A stretch of 64,000 bases of DNA, from positions 32,001-96,000 of the forward strand of contig CAVYBH010000012.1 in assembly GCA_963766715.1 (NCBI GenBank), read 5' to 3'. Positions 24,005-34,318 of the stretch are shown piece after piece. Under the pieces are notes generated by a model. That model had not been told where the DNA came from and made no database searches. It saw only the letters and a program-made list of their open reading frames with translations. Position 1 is the stretch's first letter; each line of letters opens with the position of its first letter. The translations under genes were made by a program, and so were the position numbers. This stretch comes from an uncultured delta proteobacterium (GTDB lineage: Bacteria; Myxococcota; Myxococcia; Myxococcales; Anaeromyxobacteraceae).

Positions 24005-26350
24005 GTGCCACCCTCCGCCTTCGTGAAGGACGCCCACGAGCAGCCCGCCGTCGCGCGACCCCGCCTCCGTCTCTCGGAGCGACTGGCCGCGGCGTTGCTC
24101 CTCGCCACGGCTGCGGTCGTGACCGCGTTCCTGGCCGTGCCCGGCTCGCCGCCGGAGGTGCCCGGCGAGGAGGCACTGGGGCTTCCTGCGCCTTCCACGC
24201 TTCGGGCCCCTCGCGATCTCGCCATCCCGGACGAGGAGGGGACCCGGCGTCGGCGCGACGAGGCTGCCTCCGAGGAGCCGAGGGTCTTCGACCACGACCT
24301 GGCTGCCGGGGACGAGGTGGCTGCCCGGGTCCGGGGCGCCTTCCAGCTGATGCGGGCCACGGAGGCGCAGTGGGCGGCCCGCCGGGGCAGCGGGCGCCGG
24401 GAGACCCGGGCCGACCAGGCCGACCTGGCCCGGGCCTACGCGGCCCGGCGCGACGATTTCGCCTCCCGCCTCCAGCTCTGGGTCGACGACCCCAGCTTCG
24501 CCGCCCTCTCCGAGGCGCGCTTCGGAGAGAGTGCCGAGGAGGCCCTGGTCGGGCTCACCCGGCGCAGCCTGGAAAGGCCGGTGCTGGAGGACCGGTCGCT
24601 CCTCGCCGCCGACCGCGAGCGCGGCATCCGCGTCCGGGACGTCCGCGCCGGCGTGGTCCGGGGCGAGAGGGCCGTCCGGGACTTCGCCTCGCTGGAGGAC
24701 CTCGCGGGGGCCCGTGCCGCCGTGCAGCTGGGGGCGGAGGCGATTCCCGACGCGACCCCGAGACAGCGCGCGGCGCTGGGCAACGTGGCGGCCGACCTCC
24801 TCCGGCCCTCGCTCGTGCTCTCGCAGGCCGAGACGGAGCGGCGCCGCGCGGCCGCCGCGGCCGGCGTCGCACCCGTGGTCATTCCCGTCCGCCGGGGAGA
24901 GGTCATCGTCCCGGCCGGCGAGCGGATCGAGCGCCGGCACCTCGCCGTCCTGCGCGGGATGAAGGAGCAGAACCGGCTCTTCGACCGGGCCGCCATGCGG
25001 GTAGGGGCCGGCGTCCTGGTCGGGATGATGCTGGTCGTCCTCTGGGCCGCTGCGGCTCGCCTGGGCGGCTCGATCCGTCCGAGGCGGCGCGGCGCGATCC
25101 TCCTCTCCGGGCTCTACCTCGCCATGCTCGGGGCCGCCGCGGCCGGCGTCGCCCTCGGGGACCACTTCCACGAGCGGCTCCATCCCCTGGGCGTGGAGAG
25201 CTTCTCGCTGCTCGTCCCGATCCCGGCCGGGGCCGCGATCGCCGCGATGCTGCTGTCGCCCGCCGCGGGAGTCCTGCTCGCCATCGCGGTCGGCGCCTCG
25301 GTGGGGCTGCTCGGCGGACCCTCGGTCGCGCTGGGGCTGCAGGTCACGCTCACCTCGGTCGCCGCGGCGCTCCTGCTCGCGCGCGCCCAGCGCCGGCGCC
25401 ACGTCTGGCGGGCCGGCCTGGCCGTGGGTCTCATCCAGGCGCTGATGGTCGCGGCGAGCTGGCTCTTCGCCGGCCGGGCCCGGTTCGAGCTGCCGCCGCT
25501 CGAGCTCGTCACCGCGCTCGGCTCGGCCTTCCTGTCCGGGGCGCTGCTCCTTCCCCTCGCGGTGGTCACGGCCGTTCCCCTCCTCGAGTGGATCCTGGGG
25601 CTGGGCAGCGACCTTCGCCTGCGCGACCTCGCCAGCCTCAACCACCCGGCGCTGAAGGAGCTGATCGTCCAGGCGCCGGGGACCTGGCACCACTGCGTGG
25701 TGACGGGCTCGCTCGCCGCGGCCGGGGCCGACGCCATCGGCGCCGACGCGCTGCTGGCGCGGGTGGGCGCCCAGTTCCACGACCTGGGGAAGGGCAAGGA
25801 CCCCGCCTCGTTCATCGAGAACACCCGGGGCGAGAACCGGCTCGTCGACCTTCCGCCGCAGGAAGGAGCCGCCAGGGTCCGCCGCCACGTCGACGAGGGG
25901 GTGGCGCTGGCGCGCAGGTGGAAGCTGCCCCGCGCGGTGGTGGAGATTGTCGCGCAGCACCACGGGACGCGCCTCGTCTCCTTCTTCTGGTCCAAGGACC
26001 GTCGTCCGGCCGAGGGAGAAGGCGATCTGCCTCCGGCCTTCCGCTACCCCGGCCCGCGCCCGCAGACCCGCGAGGCCGCGCTGGTCATGATCGCCGACGC
26101 CTGCGAGGCCTCGTCTCGAGACCTGCCCGACCCCACGCCGGAGAAGCTCCTCCACCTGGTGCGCCGGCGCATCGCCGAGATCGTCGACGAGGGGCAGCTC
26201 GACGAGAGCGATCTCACCATCGGCGACCTGGATGCCGTGGCTCGCGCCATGGCGAGCGAGCTCGACCAGGTCTACCGGGCCCGCTCCGCCGGGGGCGCCC
26301 CGCCGTCCTCGCCGGACCGGTCGGCGCCGCTGCAGCTCGTCCGCCCGTGA
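24005..26350 (+). CDS. 7TM-HD phosphohydrolase (PgpH/YqfF-like); start uncertain
   Basis: N-terminal TM, extracytoplasmic domain, 7TM region, APGTWHH, HDLGK, QHHGT, RYPGPRP, ADACEA; phoH-HD-ybeY synteny. Confidence 0.92.
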   Translation: MPPSAFVKDAHEQPAVARPRLRLSERLAAALLLATAAVVTAFLAVPGSPPEVPGEEALGLPAPSTLRAPRDLAIPDEEGTRRRRDEAASEEPRVFDHDLAAGDEVAARVRGAFQLMRATEAQWAARRGSGRRETRADQADLARAYAARRDDFASRLQLWVDDPSFAALSEARFGESAEEALVGLTRRSLERPVLEDRSLLAADRERGIRVRDVRAGVVRGERAVRDFASLEDLAGARAAVQLGAEAIPDATPRQRAALGNVAADLLRPSLVLSQAETERRRAAAAAGVAPVVIPVRRGEVIVPAGERIERRHLAVLRGMKEQNRLFDRAAMRVGAGVLVGMMLVVLWAAAARLGGSIRPRRRGAILLSGLYLAMLGAAAAGVALGDHFHERLHPLGVESFSLLVPIPAGAAIAAMLLSPAAGVLLAIAVGASVGLLGGPSVALGLQVTLTSVAAALLLARAQRRRHVWRAGLAVGLIQALMVAASWLFAGRARFELPPLELVTALGSAFLSGALLLPLAVVTAVPLLEWILGLGSDLRLRDLASLNHPALKELIVQAPGTWHHCVVTGSLAAAGADAIGADALLARVGAQFHDLGKGKDPASFIENTRGENRLVDLPPQEGAARVRRHVDEGVALARRWKLPRAVVEIVAQHHGTRLVSFFWSKDRRPAEGEGDLPPAFRYPGPRPQTREAALVMIADACEASSRDLPDPTPEKLLHLVRRRIAEIVDEGQLDESDLTIGDLDAVARAMASELDQVYRARSAGGAPPSSPDRSAPLQLVRP

Positions 26351-26812
26351 CCCTCGAGCTTCGAAGCGAGCACCCGTCCGGACGGGCCCTGGCGCGCCAC
26401 GTGCGCGCCCGCGCCCGCGCGCTGCTGCTCGCGGTGGACCGCCCCGACGCCTCCCTCTCCGTCCTGCTGACCACCGACGGCCGGATCCGGACCCTCAACC
26501 GGCGGTGGCGGTCGGTGGACCACGCCACCGACGTGCTCTCGTTCCCGGCGGACGACCCGCCCGGCAGCTCCCCCGAGCTGGGCGACCTCGCCATCTCCCT
26601 CGACACCGCCCTGCGTCGCGCCCGGATGGGGAGGGCGCAGCGTCCGGGACGAGGTCGATCGCTACCTCGTTCACGGGCTCCTCCACCTCCTCGGGCACGA
26701 CCACGAGCGCGCCGCCGACGCCCGCGCCATGGCCCGGCTCGAGGACGCGCTGCTGGGCGCGACCGGGATGGTCGCCGAGGCGATCCGTCCCGGAAGGCGG
26801 GAGAGGCGATGA
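26347..26812 (+). CDS. ybeY: Endoribonuclease YbeY (indel ~26630)
   Basis: LNRRWR..DHATDVLSFP, LGDLAIS; HGLLHLLGHDH in the shifted frame. Confidence 0.93.
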
Positions 26813-28473
26813 GGCGCCGCGCCACCCGGTTCGCGCTCGCCGCGCTCGGCGGGCTCCTGGAGACCCTGTCCTTGCCGCTCGTGGTGCCGGGCCTGGGAAT
26901 CCGGCAGCTCGATCCCGGCGGGGCGCTCGAGTGGCTCGCCTGGGTGGGGCTCGTGCCCGCCATGCTGGCGCTCCGGTCGGCCTCCGGCCCGGGCGAGGCG
27001 GCCCTGCTCGGGCTGGTCGCGGGCGCGTCCGCCTTCTACGCCGCCATCTACTGGGTGAGCCACGCCATGACCGCCTTCGGCGGCCTCTCGGCCGGCGTGG
27101 CCTTCGTGGGGCTCTCCGCGCTGGTCCTCTACATGGCGGCCCACTGGGCGCTGGCCTTCTGGGGCTCCTTCACGGTCTGGAAGCGGGCTCGCATTCCGCT
27201 CTGGGTGAACCTGCCGCCGATCTGGGTGGCGACCGAGCTGTGCCGGAACTACCTCTTCACCGGATATCCCTGGGCCAACCTGGGCTACACGCAGGTCCGT
27301 CACCTGCCCGTGGCGCAGCTGGCCGCGCTGGGAGGCGTCTACGCCATCGCCGGCCTGGTGGTCCTGGTGAACGCGGTGATCGCGGCGTGGATCCCGGGGG
27401 CGCGGCTCCCCGGCGAGGGCCCGGCCCCGCGGCCGTGGCGGGCCACCGCGGTGGCCGTCGCGCTGCTGGCGGGGACGCTCGCCTGGGGCGCCTGGAACCT
27501 CGCGCAGGTGCGCGACCGGATGGCCGCGGCGCCCTGGGTGAAGGTCGGGCTGGTCCAGGCCAACGTGAGCCAGGAGGTGAAGAACCGGGCCCGGCAGAAC
27601 GCCGACCTCATCATCGGCCGGATGTGGCCGCTCACCCGGGAGGCCGACGCCCAGGGAGCCGTCTTCGTGGCCTGGCCGGAGGCCTCGTGGCCCTGGGCGG
27701 TCCCGCCCGACCTCGCGAGCCTCCTCACGGTGGCCCCCGACCTCGAGCCGCTCCGGCAGGCCCACCTGCTCCTCGGGGCGGCCACGCTTCGCTGGCTGCC
27801 CACGGCCGGGGGGCGCGTCGCGCAGGTGGAGAACTCGGCCTTCCTGCTCTCTCCCGGGCTGCGGGTGACCGACCGCTACGTGAAGCACCACCTCGTCCCG
27901 TTCGGAGAGTACGTCCCGCTGCGGGAGTGGCTCCCCTTCCTCCGCTCGGTGGTCCCCAACATGGCCCCGATGGCGTCCGGCGGGCGGCTCGAGGTCATGG
28001 CCTTCGAGAGCGGGGGGCGGCGGATCTCCTTCGCCCCCATGATCTGCTTCGACGCCATCTTCCCCGAGGTCGCCCGGGCCTTCGCGCTCCAGGACGCGGA
28101 CTTCCTCGTGAACCCGACCAACGACGCCTGGTACGGCTACTCCTCCGGTCCGTACCAGTTCCTGTCCATCGTCCAGATGCGGGCGGTGGAGACGGGAAGG
28201 GCGGTCGTGCGCCCCGCCTACTCGGGGGTGAGCGCCATCATCTACCCCACCGGCGAGCTCGGGCCCGGCGCTCTCGAGGTCGGCCCCGTCGATCGGTCGC
28301 TGGCGCCCGATCCGGACGAGCCCCCGCGGTTGCTGGTGGGCCAGCTGCCCATCTTGCAGGGGCGCACGCCCTACACCAGGTTCGGTGATAGCTTTGCCTG
28401 GCTCTGCGTCGCCGCGTCGGTCCTCATGCTCGCCACGGCCCTGCTGCGCCGCTCGCCCCGCCCAAACGCCTAG
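26809..28473 (+). CDS. lnt: Apolipoprotein N-acyltransferase
   Basis: GYPWANLG, QAN, WPE, KHHLVPFGEYVP, ICFD, NPTNDAWY and MRAVE motifs. Confidence 0.95.
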   Translation: MRRRATRFALAALGGLLETLSLPLVVPGLGIRQLDPGGALEWLAWVGLVPAMLALRSASGPGEAALLGLVAGASAFYAAIYWVSHAMTAFGGLSAGVAFVGLSALVLYMAAHWALAFWGSFTVWKRARIPLWVNLPPIWVATELCRNYLFTGYPWANLGYTQVRHLPVAQLAALGGVYAIAGLVVLVNAVIAAWIPGARLPGEGPAPRPWRATAVAVALLAGTLAWGAWNLAQVRDRMAAAPWVKVGLVQANVSQEVKNRARQNADLIIGRMWPLTREADAQGAVFVAWPEASWPWAVPPDLASLLTVAPDLEPLRQAHLLLGAATLRWLPTAGGRVAQVENSAFLLSPGLRVTDRYVKHHLVPFGEYVPLREWLPFLRSVVPNMAPMASGGRLEVMAFESGGRRISFAPMICFDAIFPEVARAFALQDADFLVNPTNDAWYGYSSGPYQFLSIVQMRAVETGRAVVRPAYSGVSAIIYPTGELGPGALEVGPVDRSLAPDPDEPPRLLVGQLPILQGRTPYTRFGDSFAWLCVAASVLMLATALLRRSPRPNA

Positions 28474-28487
28474 GAGATCCGGAACCC

Positions 28488-29607
28488 ATGCCTTCCCCGA
28501 CCGCAGAATGCCTGACCGACCTCGCTGGGCGGCTGGAGGCGCTCCGGGGGTCGCTTTGACGTCGAACGGAAGCGGTCCCGCATCGCCGAGATCTCCCGCC
28601 TCTCCGAGGACCCGGGATTCTGGACCGAGAACCAGAAGGCCCAGGCGCTGCTGAAGGAGAAGGCGTTGCTCGAGGCCACGGTCGCCGGCTTCGACCGCAC
28701 CTTCGGCGCCATGCAGGACGCCCGCGCGCTCGACGAGCTGGCCGAGGAGGCGCGAGACGAGTCGGCGCGCACCGAGGCCGCCTCCCACGCCGCCGAGGTG
28801 GTGCGGCAGGTCGAGCGGCTGGAGTTCCGCCGCATGCTCTCCGGGCCTCACGACGGCGCTCCCGCCATCGTCGAGGTGAAGAGCGGCGCAGGCGGCGTGG
28901 AAGCCATGGACTGGGCCGCCATGCTCTACCGGATGTACGTCCGCTACTGCGAGCGGAAGGGCTGGGAGGTCGAGCCGGCCGACCTGGTGGCCGGCGAGGA
29001 GGCCGGCATCTCCAGCGCGTCCTTCATCGTCCGAGGCGAGTACGCCTACGGCTTCCTCAAGGCCGAGCGGGGCGTGCACCGCCTGGTGCGCATCAGCCCG
29101 TTCGACTCGGCCGCGCGGCGCCAGACCAGCTTCGCCGCGGTGGACGTCACCCCCGAGATCGAGGACGACATCGTCATCGACATCAAGGAGGCCGACGTCC
29201 GGATCGACACCTACCGCTCCTCGGGCGCGGGCGGCCAGAAGGTGAACAAGACCGACTCGGCGGTCCGCATCACCCACCTCCCCACCGGGATCGTGGTGGC
29301 CGTGCAGAACGAGCGGAGCCAGCAGAAGAACCGGGGCGTGGCCTGGAAGATCCTGCGCTCCCGCCTCTACGAGTACGAGGAGCGGAAGCGGCAGGTGGTT
29401 CGCGACGCCGAGGAGGCCCAGAAGAAGGACATCGACTTCGGGTCGCAGATCCGCAGCTACGTGCTCCAGCCCTACCGGATGGTGAAGGACCTGCGCACCG
29501 GCATCGAGACGGGCAAGGTCGAGGACGTCCTCGACGGCGACCTCGACGGGTTCATCCAGCCCTACCTCCTGGGCGTCCGGCGCACCGACCGCGTGGTCGA
29601 CGACTAG
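28488..29607 (+). CDS. prfB: Peptide chain release factor 2 (programmed +1 frameshift)
   Basis: 23 codons ending CTT TGA C, then the +1 frame with SPF and GGQ motifs. Confidence 0.97.
28546..28560 (+). promoter_or_regulatory. prfB +1 frameshift cassette
   Basis: Internal SD-like GGGGG, 3-nt spacer, CTTTGAC. Confidence 0.93.
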
Positions 29608-29632
29608 AGCGGCGCGCGAGCGGCCGGCAGCG

Positions 29633-30577
29633 CTACGTCGGCGCGTAGACGATGGGCTGGCGCGCCTGGAAGAAGCGCTCGACCGCGTCCACCGCCCATC
29701 CGGGGAGCCCGTGGAGCCGGACGCCGCAGCCGGCCGGCTGGCGGCCGGTGGTGGCGGACTTGCCGCGCAGGAAGGCCACCTCGCCCTCGAGCTCGAGCTT
29801 GCGCCCGTCGGCGAGGCCGAGGCGCACCTGGACGCGCGTGCCCACGGCCGGCGGCATGGCGGTGGCGATGAACACCCCGCCGGAGTCGATGCGGCGGGTG
29901 ATGCCCACGTAGAAGTTGTGCTCCGAGACCAGGCTGACGCTCACGTCGACCCGGGCGTTCATCGGCGGCCGCCGCGGCTCCTCGACCAGCTCCTCGTCGA
30001 TGAGGGCCATCAGGTCGGGCGCGGGGCGGGGCGGGGCGCGAGGCGGGGTCTCGTCCTGCTCGGCCAGCGTCGGGGGAACGAACGGCGCCGGAGGCGGGCG
30101 CGCGGCGGGGAAGGGTGCAGGGGGAGGGGCGGCCGCGGGAGGAGGCGGCGCGATGACGGAGGGGGCCCTCGGCGGGACGAAGGGACGCGGGACCGGGCGC
30201 GACGGTCCCGGCTCGGCCAGGATGGCCGGGCTCGAAAGCACGTCGGCGCGCGACAGGGCCCGCTCGGCCCCGGCCACCGCGGCGAGCGGCTCGACCACCT
30301 CGCGCGAGGGCGCCACCATGACCACCCGGACGCCGATCCGGGACGCAGCCTGGGCCGCGGTGAGCGCCGCTCCCCAGGACGCATCCGGGGAGGGCGGGAG
30401 GACCAGCGCGACGAGCTGCGGGGCGACCGCGCGCACGAGCACGTCGAGGTCCGAGGGCCCCGGCGCCACGAAGAGGGCCCAGCCCGCGGACTCGGCGTGG
30501 ACGTGGAGCGCCGAGGCGAGCTCGGCGTCCGAGCCCACCACGAGGATCCGCGTCGAGCCGGCCGCGGCGACGGTCAC
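29633..30577 (-). CDS. Degenerate receiver-like domain + Pro-rich linker + TIGR02266-type PilZ-like domain protein
   Basis: GTG overlapping the pilT stop; RILVVG; poly-Pro linker; SEHNFY..GGVFIAT..PAGCGVR. Confidence 0.75.
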   Translation of the reverse strand: MTVAAAGSTRILVVGSDAELASALHVHAESAGWALFVAPGPSDLDVLVRAVAPQLVALVLPPSPDASWGAALTAAQAASRIGVRVVMVAPSREVVEPLAAVAGAERALSRADVLSSPAILAEPGPSRPVPRPFVPPRAPSVIAPPPPAAAPPPAPFPAARPPPAPFVPPTLAEQDETPPRAPPRPAPDLMALIDEELVEEPRRPPMNARVDVSVSLVSEHNFYVGITRRIDSGGVFIATAMPPAVGTRVQVRLGLADGRKLELEGEVAFLRGKSATTGRQPAGCGVRLHGLPGWAVDAVERFFQARQPIVYAPT

Positions 30578-31689
30578 GCGGGGCGGCCTCCGGTCTCGAT
30601 CAGGATGCGACGCTCGAGGTCGGCGCGGTTGGTCGCGTTCCCGAGCGCGGTGTCGAGCGAGATCCGCCGCGCCTCGTGCAGCTTGTAGAGGTACTGGTCG
30701 AAGGAGTGCATGCCCAGGTCGGCGCCGGCCGTCTCCATGTACGGCTTCACCTCCTTGATCCGGGCGGCGTCGCGGACCATCTCGCGCACCGTGGAGGTGG
30801 CGAGCAGCGCCTCGACCGCCGGGATGAGGCCGGCGGCGTCGGCCCGCAGGAGGAGCCGCAGCGCCACCACGGCCTGGAGGTTGTCGGCGAGCCGGGCCCG
30901 CACGGTCTCCTGCTCGTCGGAGGGGAAGAGCCCCACCAGCCGGCCGATGGCGCGCGGCACGTCGGGCGTGTGGAGCGAGGTGATGACGAGGTGGCCGGTC
31001 TCCGCCGCCTTGAGGCAGATGTCGGCGGACTCCCGGTCGCGGAGCTCGCCCACCATGATGACGTCCGGGTCCTGGCGGAGCGCGGCGCGCAGCGCGTCGG
31101 AGTAGCTGGCGGTGTCGGAGCCGACCTCGCGCTGGATGACCAGGCCGCGCCCCGAGGAGAAGATGAACTCGATGGGGTCCTCCACCGTGACCACGTGGAG
31201 GCGCTCCTGCTGGATGATGTGGTGGATGATGGCGGCGATGGTGGTGGACTTGCCGTTGCCCGTGGCGCCGCTCACCACGATGAGCCCGCGCCTCGCCTCG
31301 GCGACGGTGGCGACGACGGGCGGGAGGTTGAGGGTGGCGAAGTCGGGCACCGAGAAGGGGATGGTGCGCATCACCGCGCCCCAGCTCCCGCGCTGCTTGA
31401 AGATGCTGGCCCGGAAGCGGGACACGCCCGGCAGGGAGTAGCTGCGGTCCACCTCGCGGAAATCGAGCGGGCCGAACCCGGAGCCGGGCGCCTGGAGGAC
31501 GAAGTTGGCGATGGCCTCGGTGTCGGCGTGGGTGAGCGCCGGGACCTTGGCGGCGAGCAGCTCGCCGTAGACGCGGTAGGTGGGTGGATACCCCACCTCG
31601 AAGTGCACGTCGCTGGCCTGTCTTTTCACGGCCAGCTGCAGGAACGAGTGGAACAGCTCCTCGCTCAGAGGCCCCTGGGACGGTTCCAT
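30574..31689 (-). CDS. pilT: PilT/PilU-family type IV pilus ATPase (paralog)
   Basis: ASDVH, GATGNGKST, TVEDPIE, LRQDPDVIMVGE, GHLVITSLH. Confidence 0.9.
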   Translation of the reverse strand: MEPSQGPLSEELFHSFLQLAVKRQASDVHFEVGYPPTYRVYGELLAAKVPALTHADTEAIANFVLQAPGSGFGPLDFREVDRSYSLPGVSRFRASIFKQRGSWGAVMRTIPFSVPDFATLNLPPVVATVAEARRGLIVVSGATGNGKSTTIAAIIHHIIQQERLHVVTVEDPIEFIFSSGRGLVIQREVGSDTASYSDALRAALRQDPDVIMVGELRDRESADICLKAAETGHLVITSLHTPDVPRAIGRLVGLFPSDEQETVRARLADNLQAVVALRLLLRADAAGLIPAVEALLATSTVREMVRDAARIKEVKPYMETAGADLGMHSFDQYLYKLHEARRISLDTALGNATNRADLERRILIETGGRPA

Positions 31690-31748
31690 CGGACCAGTGT
31701 AGCCCGCGGCGAGTGGCGGGGGAATCTCGCGTGTGGTTGCATGGGCGC

Positions 31749-32675
31749 ATGCTCGCGTCCGTCGACGAAGCCGCGCGCCTGCTCGAGGGGGCGGGCTACC
31801 TGCCCTCCCGCGAGATCTCCACCTCGGTCTTCCTGGCCGAGCGCCTCGAGAAGCCCCTGCTCGTGGAGGGGCCGGCCGGCGTCGGGAAGACCGAGCTCGC
31901 GCTGGCGCTCGCCGCGGCCACCGGGAGGAAGCTCCTGCGCCTCCAGTGCTACGAGGGGCTCGACGAGGCCAAGGCGGTCTACGAGTGGGAGTACGGCAAG
32001 CAGCTGCTCTACACGCAGATGCTGAAGGAGCGCATCGGCGACGCCCTGGCCGGCGCGCGCACCCTCTCCGAGGCCGCCGACCGGCTCGACGCAGAGGGCA
32101 ACGTCTTCTTCAGCGAGCGGTTCCTCCTGCCGAGGCCGGTGCTCCAGGCGGTGACGAGCGACGTGCCCGCGCTCCTGCTCGTCGACGAGGTGGACAAGGC
32201 CGATCCCGAGTTCGAGGCCTTCCTGCTCGAGGTGCTCGCCGACCACGCGGTCACCGTTCCGGAGCTGGGCACGATCCGCGCGATCCACCCGCCGCGCCTG
32301 GTCCTCACCTCCAACGCCACCCGCGAGCTCTCCGACGCCCTCCGCCGGAGGTGCCTGCACCTCTTCATCGACTTTCCGTCCCAGGAGCGCGAGCTGGCCA
32401 TCGTCCGCTCCCGCATCCCGGGCGTCCCGGAAGAGCTGGCGCGGCAGTCGGTGGCGGCGGTGGCCTCGCTCCGGGCCATGGACCTCCGGAAGGCGCCCTC
32501 GATCTCGGAGACCCTCGACTGGATCCGTTCGCTGGTGCTGCTCCAGGCCCACGTCCTCGACGGCCAGGTGGTGTCCGACACGCTGAACGTGCTCCTCAAG
32601 CACGAGGCCGACCTGGCCACCGCGCGTCCGCGGGCCGACGAGGTGGCCCGCGGGGTGATCCCGGGCGGCCGCTGA
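31749..32675 (+). CDS. MoxR/CoxD-like AAA+ ATPase
   Basis: EGPAGVGKT, LQCYEGLD, LVDEVDK, ELSDALRRRC. Confidence 0.9.
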   Translation: MLASVDEAARLLEGAGYLPSREISTSVFLAERLEKPLLVEGPAGVGKTELALALAAATGRKLLRLQCYEGLDEAKAVYEWEYGKQLLYTQMLKERIGDALAGARTLSEAADRLDAEGNVFFSERFLLPRPVLQAVTSDVPALLLVDEVDKADPEFEAFLLEVLADHAVTVPELGTIRAIHPPRLVLTSNATRELSDALRRRCLHLFIDFPSQERELAIVRSRIPGVPEELARQSVAAVASLRAMDLRKAPSISETLDWIRSLVLLQAHVLDGQVVSDTLNVLLKHEADLATARPRADEVARGVIPGGR

Positions 32676-32681
32676 TCGATC

Positions 32682-33425
32682 ATGCCCCCGCCCGGCCGGC
32701 TCACCGCGCGCCTCCTCGCAGCCTTCCCGCACGGGTTCACCACTCGTGAAGGGGGGGCCTCGCGCGGTCCCTACCGCTCCCTCAACCTCTCCTCGACGGT
32801 CGGCGACGACCCGGAGCGGGTCGAGGAGAACTGGGAGCGGCTCCGGCGGGCGACCGGTCTCGCCTTCGCCCGCGTCCGGCAGGTGCACGGGTGCCGCGTC
32901 GTCGAGGCCGGGGCGGGGACCTTGCCCGTCGAGGAAGCCGACGCCGTCACCACGGCCGTCCCGGGCGTCGCGGCCTGCGTGTCGGTCGCCGACTGCGTCC
33001 CGGTCCTCCTCGCCGACCCGCGGAGCGGCGCCGTGGCGGCGGTGCACGCCGGATGGCGCGGGACGCTGGACCGGGCGGCGCGCGAGGGCGTGCGTGCCCT
33101 GATCGAGCGACACGGCGCACGCCCGTCCGACCTGCTCGCCGCCATCGGCCCCAGCATCGGCCCGTGCTGCTTCGAGGTCTCTCGGGACCTGGCGGTCCGG
33201 TTCCGCGACGAGATCGGGCCCACCACCGGAAACCCCAGGAAAAACGGCTCTCGCGCCGACCTCTGGCTGGCGAACGAGCGGGTGCTTCGGGAGGCCGGCG
33301 TGTCCCGGCGCCGGGTCGAGGTGATGGCCCGCTGCACCTCCTGCGAGGAAAACCTCTTCTTCTCCCACCGGCGCGACGAGGGTCGCACCGGCCGGCACGT
33401 GGCGTTCATCGCCCGGGTTTCTTGA
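32682..33425 (+). CDS. pgeF: YfiH/PgeF family (laccase-domain / purine nucleoside phosphorylase)
   Basis: HGFTTREGG, QVHG, ADCVPV, HAGWRG, GPSIGPCCFEV, FFSHRR. Confidence 0.93.
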   Translation: MPPPGRLTARLLAAFPHGFTTREGGASRGPYRSLNLSSTVGDDPERVEENWERLRRATGLAFARVRQVHGCRVVEAGAGTLPVEEADAVTTAVPGVAACVSVADCVPVLLADPRSGAVAAVHAGWRGTLDRAAREGVRALIERHGARPSDLLAAIGPSIGPCCFEVSRDLAVRFRDEIGPTTGNPRKNGSRADLWLANERVLREAGVSRRRVEVMARCTSCEENLFFSHRRDEGRTGRHVAFIARVS

Positions 33426-33466
33426 CTGTGAGGCGTAGCTACCCGAGAATCTTGAAGGATTTGGTC

Positions 33467-34318
33467 ATGTTTCCCTACATTGCCGCTGCTGCGGCTCTCC
33501 TTCTTCTGTCCGGCTGCTCGTCGGGCGACGCCTCCTTGCGCCAGGACGTCACCTCGCTCCGGGCCGAGATCCGGACCCTTCAGCGGGAGAATGCCGACCT
33601 GGCCCGGCGGGTAGAGGCGATGGAATCCCAGCTCGACCTCCTCGCCGCCCGGTCCGCGAAGAGCGGACAGCCCGTCGGGGTCGAGTCGACCGCTGCGGCC
33701 CCGGCCACGGTCCGGCAGGCGCCCGCCGCAGCCGCGACCTCCGTCGGGGAGCCGCTCGTTCCCGCCAATCTCAAGGTGATCAAGCTGGAGCAGCCGAAGG
33801 CGCCCGCCGCCCCGAAGAAGGCGTCCGCCACCGCGTCCGCCAAGAATTCCTCATCGACGGCGCCCGCCGTGCCCACGGTCACACCCATCCAGGACCCCTC
33901 GGCCGTTGCGCTCGCCGCCCTCGGGACGGGCAAGGCGACCGGAGGCGATTCGCAGGCTGCCTGGGACTCGGCCCGCTCCCTCACCGGGCTCTCCCGCGCC
34001 CGGGCGCTCGAGCAGTTCACCGACGCCTACCCGGCGCATGCGCGTGCGGTCGAGGCGCTCGTCGACGCCGCTCGAATCCGGGACGTGGCCGGCGACCCGG
34101 ATGGCTCGTGCGAAGACTTCGCTCGCGCCGTCGCCGAGTACCCTGCCGCACGGGGGCTCCCCGACGCCATCGAGGGCCTGGCCGCCTGTGAGAAGAGGAG
34201 GGGTCGCGCCGGGGAGGCGCAGCGCCTCCTCGCCCGACTCGTCACCGATTTCCCCGATTCACCCGCCGGCAAGCGTGCACGCGAGCACGCGCCAGCGGTG
34301 CAAGGAGCCGCCCCATGA
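33467..34318 (+). CDS. CpoB/YbgF-like lipoprotein (coiled coil + TPR)
   Basis: Lipobox LSGC, coiled coil, Ala/Pro linker, TPR ending DFPDSPAG. Confidence 0.7.
   Translation: MFPYIAAAAALLLLSGCSSGDASLRQDVTSLRAEIRTLQRENADLARRVEAMESQLDLLAARSAKSGQPVGVESTAAAPATVRQAPAAAATSVGEPLVPANLKVIKLEQPKAPAAPKKASATASAKNSSSTAPAVPTVTPIQDPSAVALAALGTGKATGGDSQAAWDSARSLTGLSRARALEQFTDAYPAHARAVEALVDAARIRDVAGDPDGSCEDFARAVAEYPAARGLPDAIEGLAACEKRRGRAGEAQRLLARLVTDFPDSPAGKRAREHAPAVQGAAP

Noticed and set aside
23962..24018. Possible third copy of the element (GTGGAGG..43 nt..CCTCCGC)
   Set aside because: No upstream TGGAC/TATNNT promoter, no CTGCCACC..TGGCAG hairpin, and it overlaps the HD gene start; it may be chance or a leader hairpin
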